64,000 nucleotides of DNA. It comes from Balanoglossus misakiensis (taxonomy: Eukaryota; Animalia; Hemichordata). The DNA lies in contig CM082577.2 in the NCBI GenBank assembly GCA_040954595.2, positions 3,243,703 through 3,307,702 of the forward strand. The letters run 5' to 3'. The first letter of the stretch is position 1. Every line of letters starts with the position of its first letter. This document shows, one piece after another, positions 39,088-51,408 of the stretch. The notes beneath the pieces are model-generated. The model did no database searches and was not told the DNA's origin. It worked only from the letters and a program-made list of their open reading frames with translations. A program made the position numbers and the translations under genes.

Positions 39088-42000
39088 ATGAACCCCGTCA
39101 TCTTCACATCGCCTCCCTTCACGACGCACGTCGCAACAGGTGCGGCGGTGGCGGCCGGCGGCTACGCGTCGCTGTCCCCCGGCGCCGTCTACAGGGCTCT
39201 TCCGCTGGCAGCCATGGCGACCGCGCCGGGATGCGCCGACTTCACCTACGCCGGCAGCGACGTGCTGGCGGGGTCGACGGCCTTGTTCCCGCCGGGCAAC
39301 TTCTGCCCGTATCGCGGAATGCTCAATCCCAACTTCGTCCCGTCCGAGCCATGTCGACAAGCGCTGATGATGGCATCCCAGGCGGCCGGACTCACCGGGG
39401 CTACGGAGTACTCAGGTAAGAGACCCGAGCAAAGAAAAGGAGAAGAAAAAGAAATTTATTTACACACCAGTGATAATTAAATCAATTTCGCGGGTGAACG
39501 ACCAATATTGTTGTTAAGAAATTAGCCTTTCCCACTGGAGTGGAAAGTGGATGTGTGTGTGTGTGGAAGTAATCGACTTTTGTGGTCAAATAGACCTCCT
39601 AGGTAACGGATCAGTCACGCCAAGCTCCGGGGATTTTATTTCTCTCGGGAGAAAGTTTGTTTTTATTTTAATAAGAAAGGGTATGAGCTAACCTTGCTGT
39701 AGCAATTAAAGAACCTGGAAGTCATTGCCTCTCATATCCGGAAAGCAAATAATTGCAATTGTCTTTCGATTCATGCCATGGTTACATCTATTACTTCATG
39801 ATGTGCGTAACAGACGCCTATTCAGATTCCTGTAAGAACGTAGATGCGATAGAGTTCCCGAGGTTTCGATCGAACCGAGCGAGAGAATATAAACAGGTCT
39901 ACATGAAAAAAAGAGTTTAATTTTGAAATAATTCCCGGTACAAAACGTCTTCAAGGAACAACGTGTTGATTCTAAGTTTTCGATTTATATGTCGTTATCG
40001 TACTGTATGATACACATCAGTCTCAATTAGGCAAGGTACATCTGCAAAAAGGTGTTGCCAGCGGAATTTTTTGATCGGAGCGTGTATTTGAGCCGGGCTG
40101 TCGACAATCCTTTGCATTTATCTGAAAGAAGGAATCGCTATCCAATATACCCTTTTCGTAAAGCGCGAGAGAGTTTGGGCCGGGGTTTCCCAAACGAGGA
40201 AATTTGGGGAAAACAAACCGTGTTTATATTGTAAACGCCAGCTAGTTTGTGTCAAAATTAAGGCGACGCGGTTGATGAGCAGACGACAAGTCAGATCCCA
40301 GAAAGATAAATGGAATTCCTGCAGCCTGACAGTACGGACTCCGTCGATGATAGTGAAATTGGTCACAATTTGTTTGCCTCGCCCCCGCTCAAACGACACG
40401 GGTGAAAGATGAATGCCATGCCATTCGTTGTGTCTGTCGATTATTTTGCAGTCTCCCACAAGTGTTAATTGCAATCTATTTTTCCGTACTCTTCCAACGT
40501 GATGACGGAGAACATTTGCCTGGAGGATGGGACAGGTATGGGTGCGGTGTGTCCGGACACGGTCTCTCGATAGGTAAACTACACACACCCTAGTCTCCCG
40601 AAATGTGTCTCATCCCCGGGAAATGGTGTTTTCCTATCAATTTTCCAATTCTTTTCAATTTACGCTGCCTGGTTGCCGCAAATAGGGTGTGATCACCCGA
40701 CGCTCACAATAATTTCTTCCAAGGCTTTCTAAAATAGAAACAAACACCCGGTCGGGCCAATGTCTGAACGGTTAGACGCACCGACGTTGCCCCCTTTGAG
40801 TAAATAAACGGGGCCAAAGCATCAGACGCTCTTTAAAGAAAGCCCAAATACGTCTAATTTGAAATCGCCCGCGTGTTTGTTATTTTGTTGTCGTATCATA
40901 GCACTTTCTATTTTCCCTCCCCTTCTTTCTATTACGTGCTTTGAAGCCCACCATCGCAGAACGCCAAAGGGTCCTTGTCATACGGTCAACATCATTATCC
41001 TTGCTGGTCATGCAAGATCGAATAATCTGATCTATGCGGGGAAGAAAACTAAACCCATCAGTTCTGCAGATTGATATGAAATAATGGTTTACATGCATAT
41101 TGACGGATAAAATTGACAACATTCTTCACAAAACACGGGGCGATAGCTACTAAATTCTGATTTTTGATTTTAATGACGATTTCCGCGCGTTTAACACGGA
41201 AATGGTAGTCGAATTTGCCAGGTAGGCTTGATTGCCAAAGCCTTTTTTTACAAGTGTATGACTCAGGGAAAGCGCGGTCGAAGTGGGTGGGATCTCGGTG
41301 ACATTGCTAATAAAAACCGATGTTGCTGGTATCAGTTGAATAACAAAGTAACATTAACTGCTTAAAGAGGGCAATTGAAGCCAAGAGTATCCTTGGAGCT
41401 ATGTTGATAATCCTTCGCCGCGGCTTGCTCAGTGGCAGACAAGGATTGTCCCTCGTGGGCCGTGTTGACACTTGATCGAGGATTCTGCCGACAACTGCGG
41501 CCTGTCCCCATGCATGCGCAGTTGTGTTTACATTGCTATGAAGACGTCAGGATATCACCTCGGAGTCGAATCCCCCAGTTCAGTGTTTCGTCAGTAAACA
41601 AGCCAAAAATGTTAATCGAAAATGAGGTGTTTTTCATTTAAGCGTGTGTCTGCCGGGAGTTCGAAATGAGAAAACTCTATATACGGGTTGCGTGGTGGCT
41701 CTGCCGAGCTTCCTGTTTGTGGGGGACGTGTGAGCAGAGACTTACAAGCTGTGAATCACCGTTTTCAATTATATTTAGAACATCTTCAGAACATGCTTAT
41801 TTCAGTCGAAATACTGCATCTCAAGAATCTACAAGCTGCTTTTGGGGAGTGAAGGATGTAGTCTGCCCTCTGCCTTCTCTCTGAATAAGTTACATGTGCA
41901 GAGAAACCATTCTCCATAAAAAGTTTTACAATGGATCAATCAGCTTCCACAAGAAGGTGGTACATATTAACACATGGCAACATTGACATTGCTAATTGGC

Positions 42001-45000
42001 TCGATTGATGTTCTCCGGAGGCGTGCTAATGAAATTAACACCCACCAGAGAGACAACTGACGCGTTTTCTCTGATACAAGCTTTAAGGTTGGCACATGGT
42101 TGGAATTCGGGGCTTGAGATCTCCTTCTCGGCGGCCATGAGTCGTGCACTTAGATGCAGCTGACGCTCTAATGTTGTGTTGACTTAATACTTGTGTGATC
42201 GATGGATTCTTGAGTGATGGAAAGCCGAAAAGACGGAGCAATATCAATTTTCTCACGGTTTGTGTTTGCTGAAGGGTGGAAGAGTTGGCGTGTCTTGGGG
42301 TTGATGCCCGCCATATGGAGCTGTCGACGCTGGCTATATACTTCAATGAAAGGTCGGTGTCCGTTCTCTACCAGAACTGTAGGGCATACACAAATAATGT
42401 CTGCAGTGCAATATCTTGATACGAAGAATTATCACCACTGATTGGTTACTGCATTTGGCCGAATTCTTGCATTTTCGCATGTTTCTGTGATATGCAAACA
42501 AGGTTGCTCGTCACACACGTAGAGATGATTCTAGATGACGTTAAAAGTTGGGTCTAGTATTATGGCTTATATGCACGATTGATCAGAAAATGTAGTGTTT
42601 AACAGGCTGTTGTCCAAGTATGGTATAAATAAGTTTGGACATACTAATTACCCCAAAATTGATTTTATTCCTTAAGATTTGATTCTATCTAAAATTTCAT
42701 TTTCATGACCATAAGAAGCAGTACTGTTCTGTGTGCACAACATAACACAACACAACACAACACAACACAACACAACACAACACAACACAACACAACACAA
42801 CACAACACAACACAACACAACACAACACAACACAACACAACACAACACAACACAACACAACACAACACAACACAACACAACACAACACAACACAACACAA
42901 CACAACACAACACAACACAACACAACACAACACAACACAGGAAAGCAATAACGGGACTGAAGATAACTCGTGTCTTTGCTCATTTTCATGCAGCCGAGGA
43001 AAACAAGCCAATGAAGCAGCGACGAAATCGAGCCAACTACAGCAGCTGGCAACTGGAAGAGCTGGAGAAGGCATTCCAGACAACGCATTATCCAGACATC
43101 TTTATGAGAGAAGCGCTAGCCCTGAAGTTAGACCTGATAGAGGCACGTGTGCAAGTAAGTGCCCGTTGGTTGAATGAGCGGCAAACACAGCCGTCTTCCA
43201 CACGCACGGTTTAAGGACCGCGTAATGCCATATACCGTCTGCGGTTTGTCTGTACACTATATATGATGTGACGAAATGTAATATAATGCGATTATTTTTG
43301 GCTTAGCGTTGCTGCTCTCATAATCAGAAACCTGATCCTAAATTGACCGTTTTCTTAGTCGAGTCGGTCACTTTTGGAGAAAGACTATAATTGCCTAAAT
43401 TCTTTCTCAGGATGTTATACTTACCTTCACTTAAATTTGAACAGAAGTGACCTTCGTGAAAAGTAACGCACAGCTTCTTTACCGCCAGAGAAAAAATGTA
43501 ACAAGAGCGCCAAAAACACTTTAAACGATTGAAGTTTAATCTCCGATTTAGACTCTGTCGCATTGACGACCAAGTTTGCCTATCGTAGCTCAAGGAGAGA
43601 TTTTTCTTCCCTTTTACATGAAACCATCAGTTTAGGAATCGACTCAAACAAGCCATGAAAATGTACATATACTGAGCAGTAAACCTTGACCAGGCTTTAT
43701 TTGGTATGTTTGCTTCTGATATTTTCCCGTGAAGGGCCGGTGAAAAAGAAACTTTACTCTGTGTGTCTTTGATATGCACTATTCACGTTCAGATTTTTTA
43801 TGACTCATTCATTAAGGCCCCATGAGCTGCTGCCCCTTTAATCATATTTTATTTTTAAAATAAAATACTTCAATTTTCTGCTTAGCTTATCCTTAGCTGA
43901 CGAATGACTCCATTTTGAATGCTGTTGTGAAAAGCTTACTAATAAGATATGAGCATACCACGATATTTGTTTACTTTTGCAACTCGTTGTTTTATTTCTT
44001 GACTTGTTCACATTCAAACGTACATCCACGATCATGCCTTGCAGGCTGATAACAAGTGTGTCGATCGGTACATAGACGAACCCCGTACCTTAGGTGCAAT
44101 TAAGTTGTCGTTGATCAAGTATCTTCGGATTCAAGTTGGAGACAATACTTCAAAAAATGTTTCTTCATGAAAATCAAGCATTCCCGACCAGTCTCCTTCA
44201 GAACCTTCGTGAAAGTTGTTTTTCGTCAATTGTGGCAACAACGCCCTCCAATATGTGCATTTGTGACAGGTGCTATCCTCACCGCGTAATTTTCAACTTC
44301 TTCGCCACGTTGACCCCCATCGTTCTCGTCTCGATCACAAATATTTGCTCCTCTCGTGACCGGAAAAAGCACAAAAACCTCCTCTCTCTGCTGCTACTTT
44401 TGTTGCTCAGTGACTGACTCGCACAATGGATCGCGGAGAGTGTTGATACTCGACTGTCAAGCTTCTGAACGCCGAGAAGGTCGTCGTCCTACTCGTCGCG
44501 GCCAGAAGGAGTACATAATTGAATTAGTCCACTTGCAGGACCGCTCCGTTGTTTACATTCCGCGTGTTTCCGTGCAACTGTCTTCCGACACCGTTCTGAG
44601 TGTGTCGACGTTAGCTTTTCCTATCCATCATACTGACTGTCCGCGTCTGCCTCTTCAGTAAATATAACTCCAGAACTTTGATTTACCGGGTGTGCAATTG
44701 TTGACGACAATAATTATTCAAAGTTCCTGACACAGTTCCAAATTTATAACTTATATTTCTGTAACAATTTGCACCATAATACCCCCTTCTCTCTCCAATG
44801 CACTTCCAATTCAACCCGTAATTACATGTAATTCTAACGTGTTCGTGTGTTCGTGTTCCTTCGTAGGTATGGTTTCAAAATCGCAGGGCGAAGGAGAGGC
44901 GGCAAATGAAAATCCAGGGGAAGGACGTGAAGACGAAAAGCGGACCGACAAAACCCGCGCCGCCTCCGAAAGAGGACGTCGAAAATGTAGAACAAGACTA

Positions 45001-45346
45001 CCCGTGGCCCGGTTCCCGCAGCCTCGGCGAGAAACCGCTACTAGCGCCACCATTCGCCGAGATCCTGAACGGAGCTGGCGAGAAAACCAAGCTGCCGTTG
45101 GAGGAGCGAGTCACGGGTGACGTCATCACAGCTGTTAAAGCGGTGGACGTGGCGGACAGGCGGAACTGCAGCATCGCCAACCTCAGGCAGAAGGCCAAGC
45201 AATACATGTGTGAACTGGAAGCTCACAGCAAAGCCAAAGACGCCTTCGGTGTTCACGCCGACTTCAGAGCGGAACTTGCAAACGGCAAACACGTGGACCT
45301 CGGGGTCACCAGGACTTCGCCTAATAAAGTTGCCGCGTGCTGTTGA
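39088..45346 (+). CDS. Uncx: PRD-class (Q50) homeobox protein, Uncx/unc-4-like, with C-terminal OAR motif (~322 aa)
   Basis: Exons 39088-39415 (phase 1), 42994-43154 and 44867-45346. Homeodomain [47 protein letters not shown]|[13 protein letters not shown] has the Uncx-type [10 protein letters not shown] and [13 protein letters not shown] and the PRD-class intron between codons 46 and 47. OAR-like [15 protein letters not shown]. Exon 1 is less certain than exons 2-3. Confidence 0.88.
42027..42037. promoter_or_regulatory. P3-type paired-class homeodomain dimer site in intron 1 of the homeobox gene
   Basis: TAATGAAATTA = TAAT-N3-ATTA. Motif match only. Confidence 0.3.
42736..42939. repeat. (CACAA)n pentanucleotide microsatellite, about 40 copies
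   Basis: Nearly perfect run ending about 54 nt before the homeobox exon that starts at 42994. Confidence 0.97.
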
Positions 45347-48300
45347 GCTGAAGTCGCTCTGTTCTTTATGCAACAGAGTTTCAAATACAGTCGGTTATCG
45401 AGGATGTTCGATATAGTGTCGTATGAAAATAATCTCGACTGGTCGAAACATAACTGAACAGAAACAGTTTAAAATGTGTCTGAGCTTTTTTATACGTCAG
45501 TACAATTTATATCTATCCATTTCAGGATAATTCGTAAGTTATCGGAAGTTCGTCAAATTACGACATATATGAAGAAAATTGTTCGTTATTCCGTATCGTC
45601 CTGAATTGATTTGGTTTCTATTCACTAAATCAATAGCCATGATCGGAAACATGACTGACTATTGTGCAAACAAACGTTTGTGCAAACGCCTACTGGTCGA
45701 CAGAGGGCAATATCATGACATATCAACCATGGCAATTTATTGAGTTATGCTATTCTTTTAAAGCGAGGAGGGTTGTTTTCATTATTTCATTAAAATGGTC
45801 GTCGCATCTGTGTGATTGCCATATACTGTGATGTTGTTAGTATTTCCATTTTCGCATTTTCGATTACATGGGTATCATCAAGTCAGCTGCCTTGGTCAGT
45901 GTAAGACGATTGGAGCGCAGTGACTTTTTCGGGAGTATGTACAGTGTACAGCATTTTCGTTCAATTGTATAAACAGACAAAAATAGAAAAAAAATTGTAG
46001 ATACACAAGATAAAAATCCTGATATACATTATTATCAAAATTTACAGCTCCTTTCCCTTTAAGGGTTGTTAAACTTTCACGCTACTCATTTCAAACTCTT
46101 GAAATATTATTTTTTTAGAGATAAATCGCTCGGCTAACGCAAATTACCGCCGACAAATTGGCGTTAAGAACTCCGAATCCGCTAGCATTGTGTAATGAAC
46201 GATTAGAGGCGACAACATAAAGGGTGAAGGGCGCAGATGATGCGAACTCGGGTCGAAATTATTTCGTCACCTCCTCTTTGGTTCGATACAAAGAAACCTA
46301 GTTACGAATTCATGAAATCGTAAGATGTTTATCTGAATTTTAATATAGCGTTAAATTAGCCATCGGACATAATGAACGGGCTTTTTACGGGCGGGTCCTT
46401 CAAGTTAAAATTCATTGAATAATTATTGTTTTTTAATTGATATCGGTAATGATGACACGGTGTCATACATGTTGATTGGTTTTTTAATACCGCGAGATTC
46501 TTTGAGGGGGATTAGTGAAGTATATTACATTGCATTATTCATTGAAATTAGCAATGTTCGTTACGGTAAAATACACGACTAATGACGATGTTCTTAATTC
46601 TCTGTTAATTCAAATTCAGGACTTTTGTCGAAAGGGGCTACAGCAAGTGACGTCACCATCATCAAAATGTCGACATCGAGTCGAAGTTGCTACTATACTA
46701 TTTTGAAATCACCGGACGGTTATGGCGGTTACTTTTGACACTGGTTTTTATGTGATCTGCGTGATGTGTATGATCGATTGCTTTTCGGTTTCACCGACTC
46801 TGACCCTTCCGAACTTGAACGCGACGACGCGCTTCAAATCCATTTTCCCGGTTAACGACCACGACCTTTGGTGACATCCCAAAATGAAACGCTTTATACA
46901 GCAAAGTGATTTAACGACGAAGAGGTATTATTTTTTATAACAAAGGCATTATACACTCCGAAGACAATTCCCAACACGCCAAATGAAATATTCAAAAAAA
47001 ATGTCTTTTTATGACAATACGCAGATGTGCGTATAATGCTTGGAAACACTCTTGTGGTAATTGATAATGTAGTTTTTGGTCCCACGATGACGGGAAAAGG
47101 ATGACTTGTCACTTATCATTGTTATGTCGATATCAATACCGTGGCAATGAACACGAGTGCTTTTAAAAAGGTCCTGTAGTAGCGTTGAAAATAATAACAA
47201 GGTCAATACCATAAAACATTACTCCATGACAGTGAAAAAAATGATGAGTTTTAAGACTTGGAGGCTTTGTTTAAGTTCTACGCATACATTCTGTAAGAAA
47301 AACGAGCGCGCGACCGCTGAATGCAGCAAGAGAAGAGAACGCCACCACAGACCATAACATCTCGCGAGACATCTCTCGCGAGATGACTTATCCAGGCTCG
47401 TGCGATCAGCTGCGAAATGCGCCCGGGGGCAACTTTTGCTTCTCGGGCTTATAACCGACTCAGATTCCTAACAAGCTTATAGCGCGGCCAGATTTTCTCA
47501 CAAGTGCTAAACAATGGATACTTCTCTCGTCGAATTCAACGGTGTTTATTAATCGGCAGAGTACATTACAAATCGCCCACAGGCTGTCTATCAGAATCAA
47601 CTATGAACTCGGGCGGAATTAAGCGTTGTTTACTCAATAGGAAAATTTGATATCCTTTAATATTATTATCGCTTTATTGTACTTCAACATCGGATTTACC
47701 CGCCTATGATTTCAGTTAATCTCTCGGAGATGCAAAATTAATTTATCCCTTTGTGTGTGTCGCATGCAATATGTATGTAGTAGTCTGTAATACCATACTT
47801 TTTGAAATCATCCCCTTTCTTTCCAGCGTAGACAGTACTGAATAGTATTCAAGTTTGAAGTCTCTTTCTGTTCATCTTTGAGCACAGTTCTCTTTCCTCT
47901 CGTCACGCTGGTCTGTATATGTCTGTTCATTCCGTATTCTCTTGTGTTTAAATATATCGGGACAGCGCCCTCTCCAAGTTTTCCTGGTCACAAACCAGAC
48001 CCAAGTGCGTCACTGACGTCATCTTTCGGGTGGAGTTGATCACTATCTTTACATTAGGATATTGCGATGATTTAAAAAAAGCGGTACCGTCATTGACAAA
48101 TCATGTAACGCACGCGCACACTCGTACGTGCATGCACCAAACCTGGTCTTGCACACATCTCACATGAGTCGCTCGCCATTGCGCTTGGATTGAAACAGTC
48201 GAGAGGGAAATAGTCTCTAAGCAGGCTTACTGCCTGCCCCAACTTTTGAAAACGCGCGAATAGATTCGAAGAAATGGACCGTGAAGACAAAACTTCCCCG

Positions 48301-51300
48301 AATGTCAACATCGGTTTCTTAAACACGCCAAAGGCCAGTGCTTTCAATAACGATCTGACGAACCAAACGAAACACCTGACACCGTTGAATGACGGGAAGG
48401 AATCTCTCATCACCTTAGTTGCGAGATTCTGGTGACAAATTACCGTGATCACGTATATTTCTTTTTGCTTCAGGAGACCAAATTAATAAATTACAAATGC
48501 ATATTTTTGAATTCCGGTTGCCTGGGGTGTTTATAAATGTACATCCTTGAAGAGATTTATGCAAAGAGCGTAGACTTTGAGTGCTGTTACGCGCTCATGC
48601 CTGACGTCACCATCGAAGTTTTTGGAGGCATGGTTCGACACGCGACGTTCAAGCCAGTTAATGGAGTTTTTTTGTGGAATTTACCGTGAAATTTGCATTT
48701 TAACCAAAACTAATAAACAGGCAGGCGAGAGTACACACTTCCTTAAATCAATTAAGGAGAGGAAATATTGATTTTCTGATTCGGAGAGGGAAAGTGGCTG
48801 TCGCGTGTTTGGCGGGATCTTGTCATCGCCGCTGCCGTGATTTGAGGAACGTGTCGCGACAATTCAGAACACAGCCATGCGTGCAACGCAATCAGGGAGG
48901 CCGAGGAGAGAGAGAACGGAGCGGTGTGTCCTCCGCGAGAGCCGCTCGGGGAATTCTCGCTCAGGAAATCCATTTCGCATGCATTATTGACAAATTAATT
49001 CGGCCGGCATTAGGTGATGTACCGCTGCATACTAATGACTAGTTATGGTTATCAGATGCCTCGGTTTCCACGACGACCAAGAAATGTGGTTACCCTTCAT
49101 TGAATAACCGGCGGTGTCCTGTTTCTTATTTATTTCTTTTCCATTAATTGGCGCGAATTTTAGTCTGTTTGACCGGCGTTCGGGTCAATCTTTGGCTCCG
49201 ACGATTCAGAGTAATTATACAGAGAAGAAAACAAAAAAAAAATCCGAATCTTTATGTTTGATTTTTAATGGGCGTACTGAATTTACTCGCTCAGTCAAGC
49301 GGAATTGAAATTATTGTCGTATAAATTTTGAGCGCTACACATATATACTTCATATTTTGTTGTAAACCTACACTTGTCGCCTGTCGAATTTCAAAATCAC
49401 ATAAAAATTCGCAAAGCGTCGTTCGGGCCATAAAAGATATCTATGCGGCAGCGGGGTTACACAAATAACGGCAAATTTGATAAATTTTCATGAGACGGGG
49501 TCTAATATTTCTCCATTTGTTTGTTATTTTGTATTATTATTTAAGTTGAATGTCGACACTCTGGGCATCGCAAGAGACTTGTCAGCGAAGTTGAAATACT
49601 GGCAAAGGAGCACTCGTGTCAGCGTTTCGCAAATCCATCCACTCTTCGAAACGACTGTCAAGAAACTACTTGAATGTCGCGAGAATATTTCTTTTAGAGA
49701 GGGGTTATCCAGCAGGGGACTTTCAGTCGTGTAGGCGGGAAATATGCGCTGCTTTTCGCGGAAATTCTCCAAAGCGGGAAAAAATGTGGCGAACGACGAA
49801 AAATGAAGGTCTGAAAATACTGGTATGATCGTCATAAAAGAACACAGTCTCAAATCTGATTAAAGGTTAACCCCCCGTTTCGCCGCCATGTTTTCAATTG
49901 TCATTAACCTGTCGCACCGCTCTAAATTCTCGGCCGATAAAATTATCTCGTTTTCGTTTTCTTCTTCAATTTTCGAGGTTGTGGCAAGAAAATTTCCTCG
50001 GAGGATGATGCTCGCTTTTATTGCCCCTTAAGAGATAACAATCAATTAACACCCGAGTCCTCTTTGCAATTTACTCAAGCCGAGGGAGAGAGCGCGCAAA
50101 TCTCGGGGACGGGTGTGATTTGGAAATCTATCAGTGCGGGGCTCGTCCCTGCTCGTTACACGGATTCCCATTAAATTTGATGCGCACATCTCGGACAGTC
50201 ATTTCGCCGGAGCCTATTACGCTGGCGAGTTTGCGCTATTCCCCAGGCGGCTTCTCGGTGTGCGGACGGTCAGCCAAGCACCTCATGCAACAAACATGAA
50301 GGCGGAGAGACGACCAGACTGAAACACAGGGGAAATACGAAATGCATGGAAATGAAAACAGAGAACGACAAAGGCAGGGTTGACTTCCGAGTTAAACAGA
50401 AAAAGGGACTTGTTTTTCTGTCACGCGCGGAAGCTGACTTTTTTTCCCGTCCAACAAACGCTACCGGTGGAAGACGATTAACAACATGTCTCGCAGTCCA
50501 CGTCAATGCAATATCCCTCCCAATAAAATTTTCTGATTAAAAAACAGGTGGATATAGTTTGCGTTATTTACGATAACGGTCATATTTTCCGCATTTTCTC
50601 ATATAACTTTCATACCTTCCTAATAATATTAACCTGTATAACCACTGGGGGCGTTAAACTACCCAACACCAGGAGATTGAAAAAATCCTAGCATTTCACT
50701 CCTCTCATCTGTCATTTTCAGTCTCAAATCGTGATCTTCAAGACAACATTTCCGAGCTTTCCGTGGCTTATTCATTAACTTTCAATTCCAGAAAGTGTAT
50801 TTCGGTTTGTTTTGTTCAATGGTGATGGTCGATTGCACATCTATCATGGAAGTCTCGCCTTCGCTATGCTGAGACCGCCCATTTTCTGTGTAATTGGAGA
50901 CCCCCCCCCCTTTCAATCCCCAGCCTTCATGCGCGTGCGTAATAAGAGACATTCTCATTGTCATTTGGAAGGTACCTACTGTGATAGGGCAAAGTATGAA
51001 GATATATGAACATGATGAACAATATGTCACATATACAATGGAGAGCTAGCCAATCACCGATTTTCACTTGTGTGGCCACGCGAAAAAAGTCATTAGACAC
51101 GCCCATTTTTGCTTTTTATTTCGTTTGCATAAGTTTGGTTTTCCCTGTATATTCAGTGTAACTTCTAAAAAATGTAAACAAAGTTTTCAAGCGTCGAGAC
51201 CCGGATGCCATACGTGATGAGAAGCCGGCTTAAAAAGCGATCTCGAGTTTCATGTCGGCTGAAATGAAACATGACGCGATATATTAACCAGGTTCCGATC

Positions 51301-51397
51301 GCGGTTCTTCGTCAAACAAGTTTGCACTGAATGGAGGCGAAATAATTTTGCGAGTTAAGCTGATTAAATCGCGGTCAGTCCGATAATTATGATTAAG

Positions 51398-51408
51398 TAA
51401 TGACATTA
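51398..51408. promoter_or_regulatory. P3-type homeodomain dimer site within a TAAT/ATTA-dense block
   Basis: TAATGACATTA, next to TAATTATGATTA and other TAAT cores in 51350-51590. Motif match only. Confidence 0.3.

Noticed and set aside
38932-39419. Overlapping antisense and alternative-frame ORFs at homeobox exon 1
   Set aside because: Expected shadows of a GC-rich exon. Only the 39088 frame has an ATG plus a donor in phase with the homeobox exon.
42672-42990. ORFs with (QHNTT)n or (CCVVL)n repeats, one apparently fused to the homeodomain
   Set aside because: Translations of the intronic (CACAA)n microsatellite. The real exon starts after the AG at 42992-42993.
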